This document shows positions 18,159 to 27,689 of a stretch of 32,000 nucleotides of DNA, piece by piece (positions within the stretch are counted from its first letter, which is position 1; each line of letters opens with the position of its first letter). The stretch lies in the NCBI GenBank assembly GCA_030149205.1, contig JASBSB010000003.1:270001-302000 (forward strand). The letters are read 5' to 3'. This stretch comes from Candidatus Heimdallarchaeota archaeon (lineage in GTDB: Archaea; Asgardarchaeota; Heimdallarchaeia; Heimdallarchaeales; Kariarchaeaceae). The notes under the pieces were generated by a model. It ran no database searches and was not told the origin of the DNA. It worked only from the letters and a program-made list of their open reading frames with translations. Position numbers and translations under genes: made by a program.

Positions 18159-19649
18159 GTGTTTCAATCCCCAGTTATACGAGTACTTTTTGCTACAATT
18201 ATTTCTCTCCTGCTTATCACGGTTTCATGGGGTGCCTTCATCATAATTGTCTCTCCGCAATCCTCCAAAACAGATATAAAATTGTTAGATAAGTCTCTAT
18301 TTATCCGTAACACATCAATACAAAATACCCAATTAGAAGGAAATAACATTATTTTATCTCTAACTTTGTACTCAACTTACTACTCTCTATCACTTAGAGC
18401 AATAGAACTGAACTTGACAAAAAATGGGAAATCTTTGGTATCTAATTTTTCAATTAATTTTCACCTTCAAAAAGACAAAAATACAACAGTTCAGTATAAC
18501 ATTCCGAGAGGATTTTCAGATGCATCAAACCATAAGTTCATGTTGATTGATAAGGGAAATTACACTCTCAATTCTATTGCTCTTAGGTACAACAGTACCT
18601 CAGTTTACACTTCAAAAGCCTTTCTAATCGGCTCATCATTTAACATAATAGGAGAACCAATTTCGCAAATGCAAAGGGGGTCTCTATGGACTGCTGAACA
18701 AATTGATCTCAGTACGGGGAAGCGTATCTCGAACTTCTTTCTGACAATGAAAGAGAGTTCAATTAAAATTAACGCTGATTTTAATAGTACCTTTATATTG
18801 AGAAGTCAAATCAACCTCACTTCCGTTAACTTTGTAAAATTGTCAAGTTCTGGAAAATCCCCCACGAATTTTTTCATAAATGGGTCTTCAGCAGTTGTTA
18901 CGTTAAATTCTTCTTCTTCAGCCAATGTTGCTCAATTTAGTAACACCACTAAATTTGAGGTGGTATTTAATCTTGAGAAAGGCGAATCTTTAACCATTTC
19001 AATTCTCGTTCCAAAACAGTTGATTGTCCTTTACTATGGTATTGCAGATGACCATTGGGAAACAAACTTTGAGAATCCATTAATCACAATGAATTTAGTT
19101 AACAAATACTTTAAAGAATGGTTCAATATCAAATTTGTATTCTCAATAAAAATAAATTTTGTCTCTCCGAGTACAACAAACCTTCCAACTATGATGTTAT
19201 CTGCTGCTAAGCAGTTCGGTGAGGCATTAGGGTTAATGAATAACACCTGGGACATAGGACCTGGAAAACGGAAAGGAAACTTGGGGCTGGATTTTTTGTT
19301 AATCATTTCAAACAAAACAATGTCTAATTATGGCATGGTTCTTGGAGATAGGAATGCGGGGTATAATATGGCATCCAATGTAGGAGGAAGTTTAAACGCA
19401 AGAGGATTTAGACTTGCTCAGGATTGGGCTGACAACCTCTTTCAACACGAGATTAGCCACATGTTTAATGCACCTGATCGATACACTGGACAGGATCCTC
19501 CATCTATAATGACGAAAAGTAGTACTCCAGAACAAGTGGTCAGTGACATCTCGGCTGGGACATCATGGTTACAAATTAATAATTGGTTACCTCAAGACTT
19601 GGTTACTATGGCAAACGCAATTAAAGAATTTCAGACCTATCAGAATTGA
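18159..19649 (+). CDS. N-terminally membrane-anchored protein with a C-terminal metzincin (reprolysin/M12B-like) zinc metalloprotease domain
   Basis: N-terminal hydrophobic helix, Asn/Ser/Thr-rich beta region, HEISHMFNAPD (19446-19478) followed by the Met-turn PSIMT. Confidence 0.72.
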   Translation: MFQSPVIRVLFATIISLLLITVSWGAFIIIVSPQSSKTDIKLLDKSLFIRNTSIQNTQLEGNNIILSLTLYSTYYSLSLRAIELNLTKNGKSLVSNFSINFHLQKDKNTTVQYNIPRGFSDASNHKFMLIDKGNYTLNSIALRYNSTSVYTSKAFLIGSSFNIIGEPISQMQRGSLWTAEQIDLSTGKRISNFFLTMKESSIKINADFNSTFILRSQINLTSVNFVKLSSSGKSPTNFFINGSSAVVTLNSSSSANVAQFSNTTKFEVVFNLEKGESLTISILVPKQLIVLYYGIADDHWETNFENPLITMNLVNKYFKEWFNIKFVFSIKINFVSPSTTNLPTMMLSAAKQFGEALGLMNNTWDIGPGKRKGNLGLDFLLIISNKTMSNYGMVLGDRNAGYNMASNVGGSLNARGFRLAQDWADNLFQHEISHMFNAPDRYTGQDPPSIMTKSSTPEQVVSDISAGTSWLQINNWLPQDLVTMANAIKEFQTYQN

Positions 19650-19671
19650 TGTAATAAATAGAATATAACTT

Positions 19672-20163
19672 TTAATTATCTAACTCTTCAAGATTTTTCT
19701 TTGCATTAGTTGTAAATTCCTTTTCGAGGTTAACCATTATTGTAAGTAACTGTTTTAGATTTAACTCCCCGTATTTCTCATGGTTTATTTTGTATTTAAC
19801 CCAATCTTCTTCGGATTCCAAGGTGTTTAATTGTATTAAGAGTTTTGCCCTTGCATTCATGAATTCAGTAATATTACCTTTAACACTTTCATCTTCCAGG
19901 TCAACACTTGATAAAATTTTTTCGAGGTCGAAATCATGAGTGAAGGGGACAGACTCATCCTTTAACATACGGTCAACTCGATTTGTTAATCGTAATGAAA
20001 TTTCTTTAAGCAGAATTAGGTATTCAAGAGAGTTATAGGGAATTCCATCCATCTTATGTAGTAAATCTGAACGTTTACGACCAAAATACAGCTCATGTAA
20101 CTTATTTCCCGTGGTAACTAAATCGTTGTGTAAAGAATTAATATCTCTATCTTCAATATCCAT
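19672..20163 (-). CDS. DinB/YfiT-like four-helix-bundle protein, metal-binding His residues apparently absent
   Basis: NRVDRMLKDESVP..DFD, FMNARAKLL..L..LESEEDW..KINHEKYGELNLKQLL follows the DinB_2 pattern; the expected HL and HExxH positions read LL and LEKEF. Confidence 0.55.
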   Translation of the reverse strand: MDIEDRDINSLHNDLVTTGNKLHELYFGRKRSDLLHKMDGIPYNSLEYLILLKEISLRLTNRVDRMLKDESVPFTHDFDLEKILSSVDLEDESVKGNITEFMNARAKLLIQLNTLESEEDWVKYKINHEKYGELNLKQLLTIMVNLEKEFTTNAKKNLEELDN

Positions 20164-20226
20164 AGTTTTTTTTTAAGATAATACTTTTTAAAATTATAAA
20201 TAAATTTCAAGTTGATTGGATGATTT

Positions 20227-22989
20227 TTATGCTTTTAACCCCAGGATATTCTCCAAATTTTTGAAGGTCTCTATAACCTTGGAAGCTAGTTTTCCTCCTC
20301 CGCTAATAACTGAACCTTTTCCTCCACCACCACCTCCAATATTCTTACCTATTGACCTAACAAATTGATTTAAGTCAACATCGATTTCTGGTGACTTCCC
20401 AATGCAAAAAACAGCCTTTTCAGCAAATTCTCCAAGAACAACAGATATTAATGGTTCTTTAGACTGTTTTAACACTTCTTCAACGAGAGAAGCTAAAGTT
20501 GATTGATCAGAGTTGAGCAACTGTTTTGAAAATTTAAAAGTAACACCATTAAAAGAGACAATTTTTGCCTTTTCTACAATATTTGGGATCTGAGCTATGA
20601 TTAACTCTTTTGTGAGTTTATCAATTTCTTTTCTTTGTTCTTTCCATTCATTCCAAAACCGTTCAGCAGTTTTTGGGAGTATATTTGAAGGAACCTTAAA
20701 CACCTTTGATGCAGAATTCAATATGTCATCTATTTCTTGCGAACTTCGAATTGCGGTTGTTCCTGCTGTTAACGTTATCCTTATTACACCATCCTGAATT
20801 TTTTCAGTCGCTAATAGCTTTATGAAACCTATTTCACCCGTTTGAATTACGTGAGTACCTCCACAAGCCTCAACATCAAATTCGGGGATTTCAATAATTC
20901 TAAGATATTTCCCTGGAATTACGGGCCCTTGATAAATTGTGAACCCAAATTTTTTTTCCGCTTCAGTTCTTTCCATAACATATTTGTTAACGTATACGTT
21001 TTCCATCACGATTCTATTGGCAACTCTTTCAATTTCTTTTAATTCAGATTCAGTGATGTTGTCCCAATGAGTGATGTCAAGCCTGGCTTTCTGAATTGAT
21101 TTATCTGTACCAGTTTGCCATATGTGAGAGCCTAAAACCTCTCTTGCAGCACCGCCGACTATATGAACTGCTGAATGATGACGCATTAATATTTCTCTTC
21201 TATCAATATCAAGGTGAATTTTCACCTTTTTACCTAGTTTTAAGGTTGAAATCGGTTCGCTTAATGTATGGACTATGGCCTTTCCGATTTTTTCAGAATT
21301 GATTACCCTCCCAGATTTTGCCCCTATTTTGATATCTGCATTGTCCTCATGTTGTCCTCCTCCCTTTGGATAGATAATGGTTTTATCTAGGATGAATTCT
21401 GTATCAGATAAAATTTTGATAATTTTGCCCTCCGATTCATATTTATAGGGAATTTCATAATATTCAGGATAGGTTTCAATACCATCAAGTTCCTTAAGCC
21501 TTTTTTCTTCTTTAAGACTTTTAGCAACCTCTGTTTGCAATTCTCCAACTTTCGTATAAAAATCGCTTGGAACATCAACTGATTTTCCTAGTTCCTTTCC
21601 TATCTGTGCTACTATTTCTGGTGAGATTCCTTGACTTTGGTACAAGTCTATTAACTCATTCTCTGATAATTCATCTTTTGATTTAAGCATTCTCCTAACT
21701 TGGTTTGTTCCCTTTGATATTGTATTTTTTAGTCTTCCATATTCAAGATCCAATAATTCTGAGACATAGTCCTCAATCTCCATCACCCTTGGATAACTCT
21801 TTGAAAGGTATTTTGCATGCCTTATCATTAACTCAGAGATATCAATTTTAAAATCATACATATCATTTAATGTAAAAACCCTTCTTAAGGTGGTTCTTAG
21901 GTTGTATCCGCCACCCACATTGCTTGGAACTGCTCCATCTGCAAAGGCATAAACTAAAGTCCTTGTGTGGTCTCCGATTGCGTACAGTGCTTCTATTTTT
22001 TCCAATTTCTTGTTAAGCTCTGTAAGTGTCAGACCCATTGATTTAGCAATCCCTGAACGAGCCAATTTTACGTCTGTTACATCTTCAACATTTAATAAAC
22101 CAGATTTAATAGTATACTGTTCCAAAAACTCTTTATCTACTTCAACCCCCGTAACATCTTTTAGGTAGTTTAGTTCCTTTGGAAATGTTGCATCATAAAT
22201 TGTTGGTACTCCCTGAGAAAACCAACTGACTCTCTCTACACCCCAACCTACATCAATTACTTTCAAATCCATCTCTCGATAGCCTTCTGAGGTATTAGCA
22301 TATTGCATAAACACAGAATTCACTATCTCCATTCCATAAGCCATACTTTCTAAGTTAGGGCCAAAATTACCGCCTCCCATCCAAATATCCTCAACATAGC
22401 TTATCTCATCCTGAGGTATCCCCAAAACAGTATTTAAGAAATTAAAATTTAAGTCAATGCATTTATCCATCCAATAGCCCCCCTTTAGTGATTGACTGTT
22501 AAACGAATGTTGCCCAAACATAACAAAAGATGAGAGGTGTCGACCTGTACGACCAATATTATCCATATCGTTAAATTCTCCCCCAAATCTCAGACAAGGT
22601 TGAGGAATCCCTAACGGGTTAGCTGGAGGATCAATTGTCCCATTAGTTACCCATGGTTGAAATGTAGCGATGCTAGCGATCGTGAATTCAATATCTGGTC
22701 GCCATCTTGCTACCACAGGATAGGCGTCAATGATTTCATGCCCATTTTTTTTAAAGAATTTTGACAACTCAGAAATTGTCTGATGAAAATCCCAATTCTT
22801 TCCTTTGGTTCCAATAAACTGGTAACCTCCCTGACACATTGTATCACCACAAACCTTTCTATCCCTATCCAGTGTCCAAAAATACTTTTTGCAATTCTGA
22901 CACTGATTTCGAACAAATCCTTTCTCTTTGAATAGCTCAACCTGATATTGTTCAGGTGTGAATATTTTCTTTAAAGATGCTTTATCCAT
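20227..22989 (-). CDS. alaS: Alanyl-tRNA synthetase, archaeal type
   Basis: N-terminal CxxC...CGD..C, QPCLRF, GRHLSSFVM, WMGGGNFGP, DVGWGVER, GDHTRT, editing-site HHSAVH and CGGTH, C-terminal GGGGGKG. Confidence 0.97.
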   Translation of the reverse strand: MDKASLKKIFTPEQYQVELFKEKGFVRNQCQNCKKYFWTLDRDRKVCGDTMCQGGYQFIGTKGKNWDFHQTISELSKFFKKNGHEIIDAYPVVARWRPDIEFTIASIATFQPWVTNGTIDPPANPLGIPQPCLRFGGEFNDMDNIGRTGRHLSSFVMFGQHSFNSQSLKGGYWMDKCIDLNFNFLNTVLGIPQDEISYVEDIWMGGGNFGPNLESMAYGMEIVNSVFMQYANTSEGYREMDLKVIDVGWGVERVSWFSQGVPTIYDATFPKELNYLKDVTGVEVDKEFLEQYTIKSGLLNVEDVTDVKLARSGIAKSMGLTLTELNKKLEKIEALYAIGDHTRTLVYAFADGAVPSNVGGGYNLRTTLRRVFTLNDMYDFKIDISELMIRHAKYLSKSYPRVMEIEDYVSELLDLEYGRLKNTISKGTNQVRRMLKSKDELSENELIDLYQSQGISPEIVAQIGKELGKSVDVPSDFYTKVGELQTEVAKSLKEEKRLKELDGIETYPEYYEIPYKYESEGKIIKILSDTEFILDKTIIYPKGGGQHEDNADIKIGAKSGRVINSEKIGKAIVHTLSEPISTLKLGKKVKIHLDIDRREILMRHHSAVHIVGGAAREVLGSHIWQTGTDKSIQKARLDITHWDNITESELKEIERVANRIVMENVYVNKYVMERTEAEKKFGFTIYQGPVIPGKYLRIIEIPEFDVEACGGTHVIQTGEIGFIKLLATEKIQDGVIRITLTAGTTAIRSSQEIDDILNSASKVFKVPSNILPKTAERFWNEWKEQRKEIDKLTKELIIAQIPNIVEKAKIVSFNGVTFKFSKQLLNSDQSTLASLVEEVLKQSKEPLISVVLGEFAEKAVFCIGKSPEIDVDLNQFVRSIGKNIGGGGGGKGSVISGGGKLASKVIETFKNLENILGLKA

Positions 22990-23077
22990 GCAAATTAAAC
23001 CTTATTCTAATTTTAGTAACCATAGTGGTTAATAACTTGTTTGATGAGTCTTTCAGGAATAATTGTAAAATACAGGA

Positions 23078-23641
23078 CTAAATCTGTCGAACTAACTCGA
23101 CAAGCTTATTGATTAATCCACCAGTTGCACCCCAGATGGTTTCATTTTTAAGGTGGTAGTAGTGAATTTTATAGGTAATTTGTTGGTACTCCTTATTTCT
23201 TGTTTCGTGAATATCCTTGTTTTCAAAGTCAGCAAAATCAATCTGGAGAACAGAGCTAATTTCAGATCGATTATAATTGACCAAAGATGGTGCTTCATCA
23301 ATAAAACCGAGGAAAGACGACACTGTAGAATAGAATGGAGTCCAAAAAAACTCCCAGCGTTTTAAGTAATTGAAGGAACTTACTGAAAGTTCCTCTTCCG
23401 TTTCTCTTAATGCTGTAAATTTATCATCTTTATCAGGTTCTTCTTTAGTTCCACCAGGGAAAGAGACCTGACCACCATGTTTCGTAAGATTGGGAGACCT
23501 TTTTGTAAGAATTAACCCTGCATTATTGTTTTGTAGCTTTATAATTGGAATTATCACAGCGGCTTGATAACCCGGGTCAAACTTTGGTTCATCTAAATTT
23601 TCGGTGAACCACCTCTTTATTTCCCAGTAATTGGTTTCCAC
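23078..23641 (-). CDS. Nudix hydrolase, CoA pyrophosphatase (NUDT7/8-like) subfamily
   Basis: LILTKRSPNLTKHGGQVSFPGG (UPF0035 CoA motif), Nudix box GTKEEPDKDDKFTALRETEEEL, IWGATG. Confidence 0.9.
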   Translation of the reverse strand: METNYWEIKRWFTENLDEPKFDPGYQAAVIIPIIKLQNNNAGLILTKRSPNLTKHGGQVSFPGGTKEEPDKDDKFTALRETEEELSVSSFNYLKRWEFFWTPFYSTVSSFLGFIDEAPSLVNYNRSEISSVLQIDFADFENKDIHETRNKEYQQITYKIHYYHLKNETIWGATGGLINKLVELVRQI

Positions 23642-23743
23642 ATGTTACTATAAATCCATGACCTAAAAATAATTGTTGTAAAGGAAAAGTAATCTCAAAA
23701 TCATACTATATTCCACTTTCTAGAAAGAATTCTTCAAAGCTTA

Positions 23744-24112
23744 ATGCAAATCCTTTTTTTATTTAAGGTTTTAATACAAGTATTGCCCCGAGATAAAATA
23801 CCATATGAACTTAGGTCACTGGAGCTCAGCCTTGTCAAACAGGCTCAAAAAGATGGGTACATCTCAGCTGATGAGGCAGAACTTATTAATAGAGTACAAA
23901 TTGATGTCAGAGAATTTGAAAATAAGATAATTGAACTTAAAAAACAATATTCTGAGGAGAAAAATATCAAATTAATTCAATCAGATGCATTCTCTCAAAT
24001 TTTGAAGAACGCGACACAGACAGCCTTAAAGGATGGAAATATTACAGAAGAGGAAGAGGAAATGCTGAAAGTAATTCGAGAGAAGCTTTCAAGTTTTAGC
24101 CAAAATGAATGA
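23744..24112 (+). CDS. Hypothetical helical protein with two KDGxIxxxE motifs (TerB-like or EF-hand-like); start codon uncertain
   Basis: KDGYISADEAEL and KDGNITEEEEEML; 8-nt ATGAATGA overlap with the downstream phosphatase gene. Confidence 0.6.
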   Translation: MQILFLFKVLIQVLPRDKIPYELRSLELSLVKQAQKDGYISADEAELINRVQIDVREFENKIIELKKQYSEEKNIKLIQSDAFSQILKNATQTALKDGNITEEEEEMLKVIREKLSSFSQNE

Positions 24113-24554
24113 GTATTTTTCGAAAAATTTCACTTGGATCGATAGCTTCATTTCTGGCGCTCCCGCTCCACAATCAGTTGAAGATATAAAATTTTTAAAC
24201 AATGAGGGGATAACAGACATCATCTGTCTATTACCAACAATACCCTTTATAGAAATAAACAACCCCATGGTCAAAGTTCATCAGATTCCAATTTCACAAC
24301 TACCTAATAGAAATCAGCTAAAAGAGTTTTTAGAGTTAGTTGAAAACTTAAAGAACAACCACAAAAAGGTTTTAATCCATTGTCAGTTTGGACAGGAAAG
24401 AACTGGTATATTCTTAGCGGTCTACTTAATAAAATTTTATAATTTGAAACCTAAAGAAGCTGTAAGTAAGATCAGAAAACTGAGACCAACAACATTAAAA
24501 TCATCTATTTCGACTGAATTTGTATTATCAATAACTGACAAATCCTTTTCATAA
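24105..24554 (+). CDS. Dual-specificity protein phosphatase (DUSP23/Cdc14-like)
   Basis: NFTWI..ISGAPAP N-terminus, P-loop IHCQFGQERTG (HCX5RT), EAVSKIRKLRP. Confidence 0.87.
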   Translation: MNEYFSKNFTWIDSFISGAPAPQSVEDIKFLNNEGITDIICLLPTIPFIEINNPMVKVHQIPISQLPNRNQLKEFLELVENLKNNHKKVLIHCQFGQERTGIFLAVYLIKFYNLKPKEAVSKIRKLRPTTLKSSISTEFVLSITDKSFS

Positions 24555-24648
24555 TAATAAAAAATTTTTTAGATTTCCTTAGATTGTATATTCAACTTGA
24601 ACGTTAAGATAGGGTCTTTAAATTAAAATTAACTACTGGTATTTTTAT

Positions 24649-24969
24649 TTATTCAGGATAAATTTTTATTGCAACAACAGGACAGTCATCTTCACAAGCA
24701 AGACATTCAATACAGTCAGGCTCCCTTGCGGGGGCTGCTTTCTTAGTTGACGCTTCATGTCCTTCATACTCAACCCATTCAAAAACATCTTCAGGACACA
24801 CATCAACACATGCTCCGTCTCCTATACAGATGTCGAAATCAACGGCAACCCTTGATCCATGGATACCTAATTTCTTTGGTGGTTCGTAGTCACCCCAAAT
24901 ATCATAACCATATTCTGGGTGTTTTGCTACAACAGTGAGTTTTTCCTTAAAGTCTTCATCTATTGCCAT
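24649..24969 (-). CDS. Seven-iron ([3Fe-4S][4Fe-4S]) dicluster ferredoxin of the Sulfolobus/Thermoplasma zinc-ferredoxin family
   Basis: MAID...EPPKKLGIHG..VAVDFDICIGDGACVDVCP...GHEASTKKA.P..DCIECLACEDDCPVVAI aligns to zfx-type ferredoxins. ATG at 24969 preferred; the GTG at 24978 is part of the SD-like AGTGA. Confidence 0.9.
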   Translation of the reverse strand: MAIDEDFKEKLTVVAKHPEYGYDIWGDYEPPKKLGIHGSRVAVDFDICIGDGACVDVCPEDVFEWVEYEGHEASTKKAAPAREPDCIECLACEDDCPVVAIKIYPE

Positions 24970-25277
24970 TTCAATCACTTTTTTTATGAATCTAGTGGGT
25001 TTACCACGCGATTACAATCTAAATTTATTCATCCTCATAAATAAAGGATTCTACAGACTAAATTATATTTTCAAAAGTAAGCCCAAAAAGCTTTACAAAA
25101 TTCAAGAATCATACTGTATTAATTAGTCTGTGAAAAACTAATCATTTCGTACAACCGAAAGAAAGTAACGACTGAATTAAAGATAGAATATGATTTCATC
25201 CTGTGCAAGTTTAAACTGTACCAATATTTTATTCGATCAGGAAAGTAGCTCGCTAATAAACCTTAGGATTACCTTAA

Positions 25278-25727
25278 CTATTCATACACCCAATTATTAG
25301 TTACTGGTTTCCAATTTACTAATTCAGATTCGTCAAAGTAAATTTTTAATTCTGCCAGTGCATTCTCCACACTATCTGAAGCATGAATTAAATTTCGACC
25401 TATCTGAATACCAAAGTCTCCCCGAATTGTCCCTGGGCTTGCGTCTAATGGGTTTGTAGCTCCAACTATTTTTCTGGTTAAAGCAACTGCATTCTCTCCT
25501 TCAATAACTAAAGCTACAGTTGGACTAGAGGTAATGTATTTTACAAGTCCAGAATAGAATGGTCTTTCTTTATGAACTTCATAGTGTTTCTCAGCCTGAT
25601 CTTGACTTACCTTAAGAAATTTCATTGCTACGATTTTTAATCCGGTTCTTTCTAATCTAGTGATAAGCTGCCCAATTAATCCTCTCTGGACAGCATCAGG
25701 TTTAAGCATGACAAATTCGTGTTCCAT
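25278..25727 (-). CDS. ndk: Nucleoside diphosphate kinase
   Basis: FVMLKPDAVQRGLIG, HYEVHKERPFY, PGTIRGDFG, RNLIHASDS. ATG at 25727 gives a typical length; the ORF track extends to a GTG at 25775. Confidence 0.97.
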   Translation of the reverse strand: MEHEFVMLKPDAVQRGLIGQLITRLERTGLKIVAMKFLKVSQDQAEKHYEVHKERPFYSGLVKYITSSPTVALVIEGENAVALTRKIVGATNPLDASPGTIRGDFGIQIGRNLIHASDSVENALAELKIYFDESELVNWKPVTNNWVYE

Positions 25728-25867
25728 ACTAAGTGAATATTTATTTTGACTTTTTATTTGACTCCTTTGAAACACTTACTGAGTGAACAGCTTTTGAATA
25801 AAAACAATGAGAGGAATTAATGAGAAAATATCTTTATATATTTATGTAAGATGTGAGATGTGTAATT

Positions 25868-27676
25868 ATGGAAGAAACTGAAATTGGCTCTCGCATAAGA
25901 GCACCTATTGGAGTTATTATGGGGCATGTGGATAGCGGGAAGACATCTCTTTTAGATAAAGTAAGGAAAACTGCGGTTCAGGCCAGAGAGGCCAAAGGTA
26001 TAACTCAACATATAGGTGCGAGTTTCTTCCCAAGAGAGACAATTGAGGAGGTAGGGAGAGCGATACATCAGGGAAAACTAAGCCTTAAGATTCCTGGAGT
26101 GTTAATGGTAGACACCCCAGGTCACGCAGCATTTATGAATCTTCGCTCTAGAGGAGCTTCAGTAGCAGACATAGCAATAGTAGTCGTTGACCTAACCTCT
26201 GGGTTTCAAGCCCAAACATATGAAAGTATTCAAACTTTAAAACGACGTAAAGTTCCATTTGTGATTGCTGCAAATAAGGTTGACAGACTACCCGGTTGGA
26301 AGAGCAATAAAGATACACCTTTTGTAAAAAGTTATGAATCACAAAATGTTACTGCAAAAGCAGCGTTGGATTCCAAAATTTATGAAATAATGGGAGAGCT
26401 TGGCACCTTGGGGTACGAATCAGACAGATATGATAAAGTGAAGAATTTTACAAAGAAAGTTGGTATCATACCTACCTCAGCTTCTTCCGGAGAAGGGATA
26501 TCTGATTTGTTCCTTGTTATATCTGGATTAACTCAACAGTTCCTGATGGCAAAGTTAGAAACCACACAAAAACCGGGGAAAGGAGTAATTTTAGAAGTTA
26601 AGGAGGAGCAGGGGATGGGAACAACGATTGATGTGATCCTTTATGATGGAACACTAAAGGAGAAGGACACAATAGTAATCGGAACTAGAAATGGGGCAAT
26701 ATCAACAAAAATGCGAGCAATGTTTCTCCCCAAACCCTTGGATGAAATGCGAGATCCTAAGGATAAATTTCAAAAAGTTAAAATTGTTCATGCTGCCTCA
26801 GGGATAAAAATCACGGGGAGTGGTTTAACCGATGCCATGGCAGGAGCTCCATTATACGTTTCTGTTACCAAAGATGATGAAGACAAATACAAACAACTTA
26901 TAAATGAGGAACTTGCTGAATTTCAAATTAAAACAGATAAAGAAGGGATAGTGGTTAGAGCTGACACATTAGGATCTTTGGAAGCTCTTGTGGGGATGAT
27001 TAAAGAAAAAGGTATCCCAATAAAATCAGCAGATGTGGGAGATGTATCTAAGAAAGATGTGATTGATGCTGTAATTACCTCTAGGAGCAATCCAGAACAT
27101 GGAGTGATTCTTTGTTTTAATGTTAAAATAAGTGATGACGCTGAAGAATACGCAAATATTGAAGGTGTAGAGGTTTTCAAGAATAATGTTGTCTATAATT
27201 TGCTTGATTCTTACCTAGAATGGTTAGAAGAAAAACTCACCAAGCAAAGAAAAGAGGAAGAAGGGATTCTTAAAAAACCGACAAAGATTAAATTAATACC
27301 GGAATATGTATTTCGTAAAAATAAACCCGCTGTGGTTGGAGTTGAAGTTTTGAGTGGGGAGCTAGAGCCCCATGATTTGTTGCTCAATGAACAAAACAAA
27401 AGGGTAGGTTCAATTCAACAAATCCGACACAATAATGATCCGGTGAAAAAGGCAACTAAAGGAATGCAGGTAGCAATCAGTGTAAGAGGTCCAACCATTG
27501 GAAGGCAGATTCAGGCAGATGAAATTTTATATGTAGATTTGAGACAAAGAATCGCATTAAAATATATTTCAGAGAGTTCTCATAAACTAACTGAAGATGA
27601 AAAGCAAACCCTCAAGGATCTGGAGTTAATTAAAAAGAGAGCTGGTTTAACATACTGGCCATTTGCAAACAACTGA
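25868..27676 (+). CDS. infB: Translation initiation factor aIF5B (IF-2 homolog)
   Basis: IRAPIGVIMGHVDSGKT, GITQHIGA, DTPGHAAFMNLRSRG, NKVD, ADTLGSLEAL. TTTATATA at 25833-25840 favours ATG 25868 over 25853. Confidence 0.97.
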   Translation: MEETEIGSRIRAPIGVIMGHVDSGKTSLLDKVRKTAVQAREAKGITQHIGASFFPRETIEEVGRAIHQGKLSLKIPGVLMVDTPGHAAFMNLRSRGASVADIAIVVVDLTSGFQAQTYESIQTLKRRKVPFVIAANKVDRLPGWKSNKDTPFVKSYESQNVTAKAALDSKIYEIMGELGTLGYESDRYDKVKNFTKKVGIIPTSASSGEGISDLFLVISGLTQQFLMAKLETTQKPGKGVILEVKEEQGMGTTIDVILYDGTLKEKDTIVIGTRNGAISTKMRAMFLPKPLDEMRDPKDKFQKVKIVHAASGIKITGSGLTDAMAGAPLYVSVTKDDEDKYKQLINEELAEFQIKTDKEGIVVRADTLGSLEALVGMIKEKGIPIKSADVGDVSKKDVIDAVITSRSNPEHGVILCFNVKISDDAEEYANIEGVEVFKNNVVYNLLDSYLEWLEEKLTKQRKEEEGILKKPTKIKLIPEYVFRKNKPAVVGVEVLSGELEPHDLLLNEQNKRVGSIQQIRHNNDPVKKATKGMQVAISVRGPTIGRQIQADEILYVDLRQRIALKYISESSHKLTEDEKQTLKDLELIKKRAGLTYWPFANN

Positions 27677-27689
27677 CCTGTGTGTAAGA

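Noticed and set aside
24980-25277. 300-nt fdx-ndk intergenic region with a 9-bp inverted repeat (ACAGACTAA 25053-61 / TTAGTCTGT 25123-31) and small palindromes; considered as a MITE or ncRNA
   Set aside because: No target-site duplication, no C/D boxes, no tRNA fold; repeats of this size are plausible by chance in AT-rich DNA.
163-26342. Many 60-100 aa ORFs antisense to or overlapping long genes (for example 163-345, 1360-1632, 4550-4762, 12093-12401, 20597-20797, 26148-26342)
   Set aside because: Shadow ORFs of well-supported genes; no recognisable motifs or independent start signals.
25868-27676. Possible intein in aIF5B, or in ValRS/AlaRS
   Set aside because: Lengths are normal and no Cys...His-Asn splice junctions or LAGLIDADG motifs are seen.
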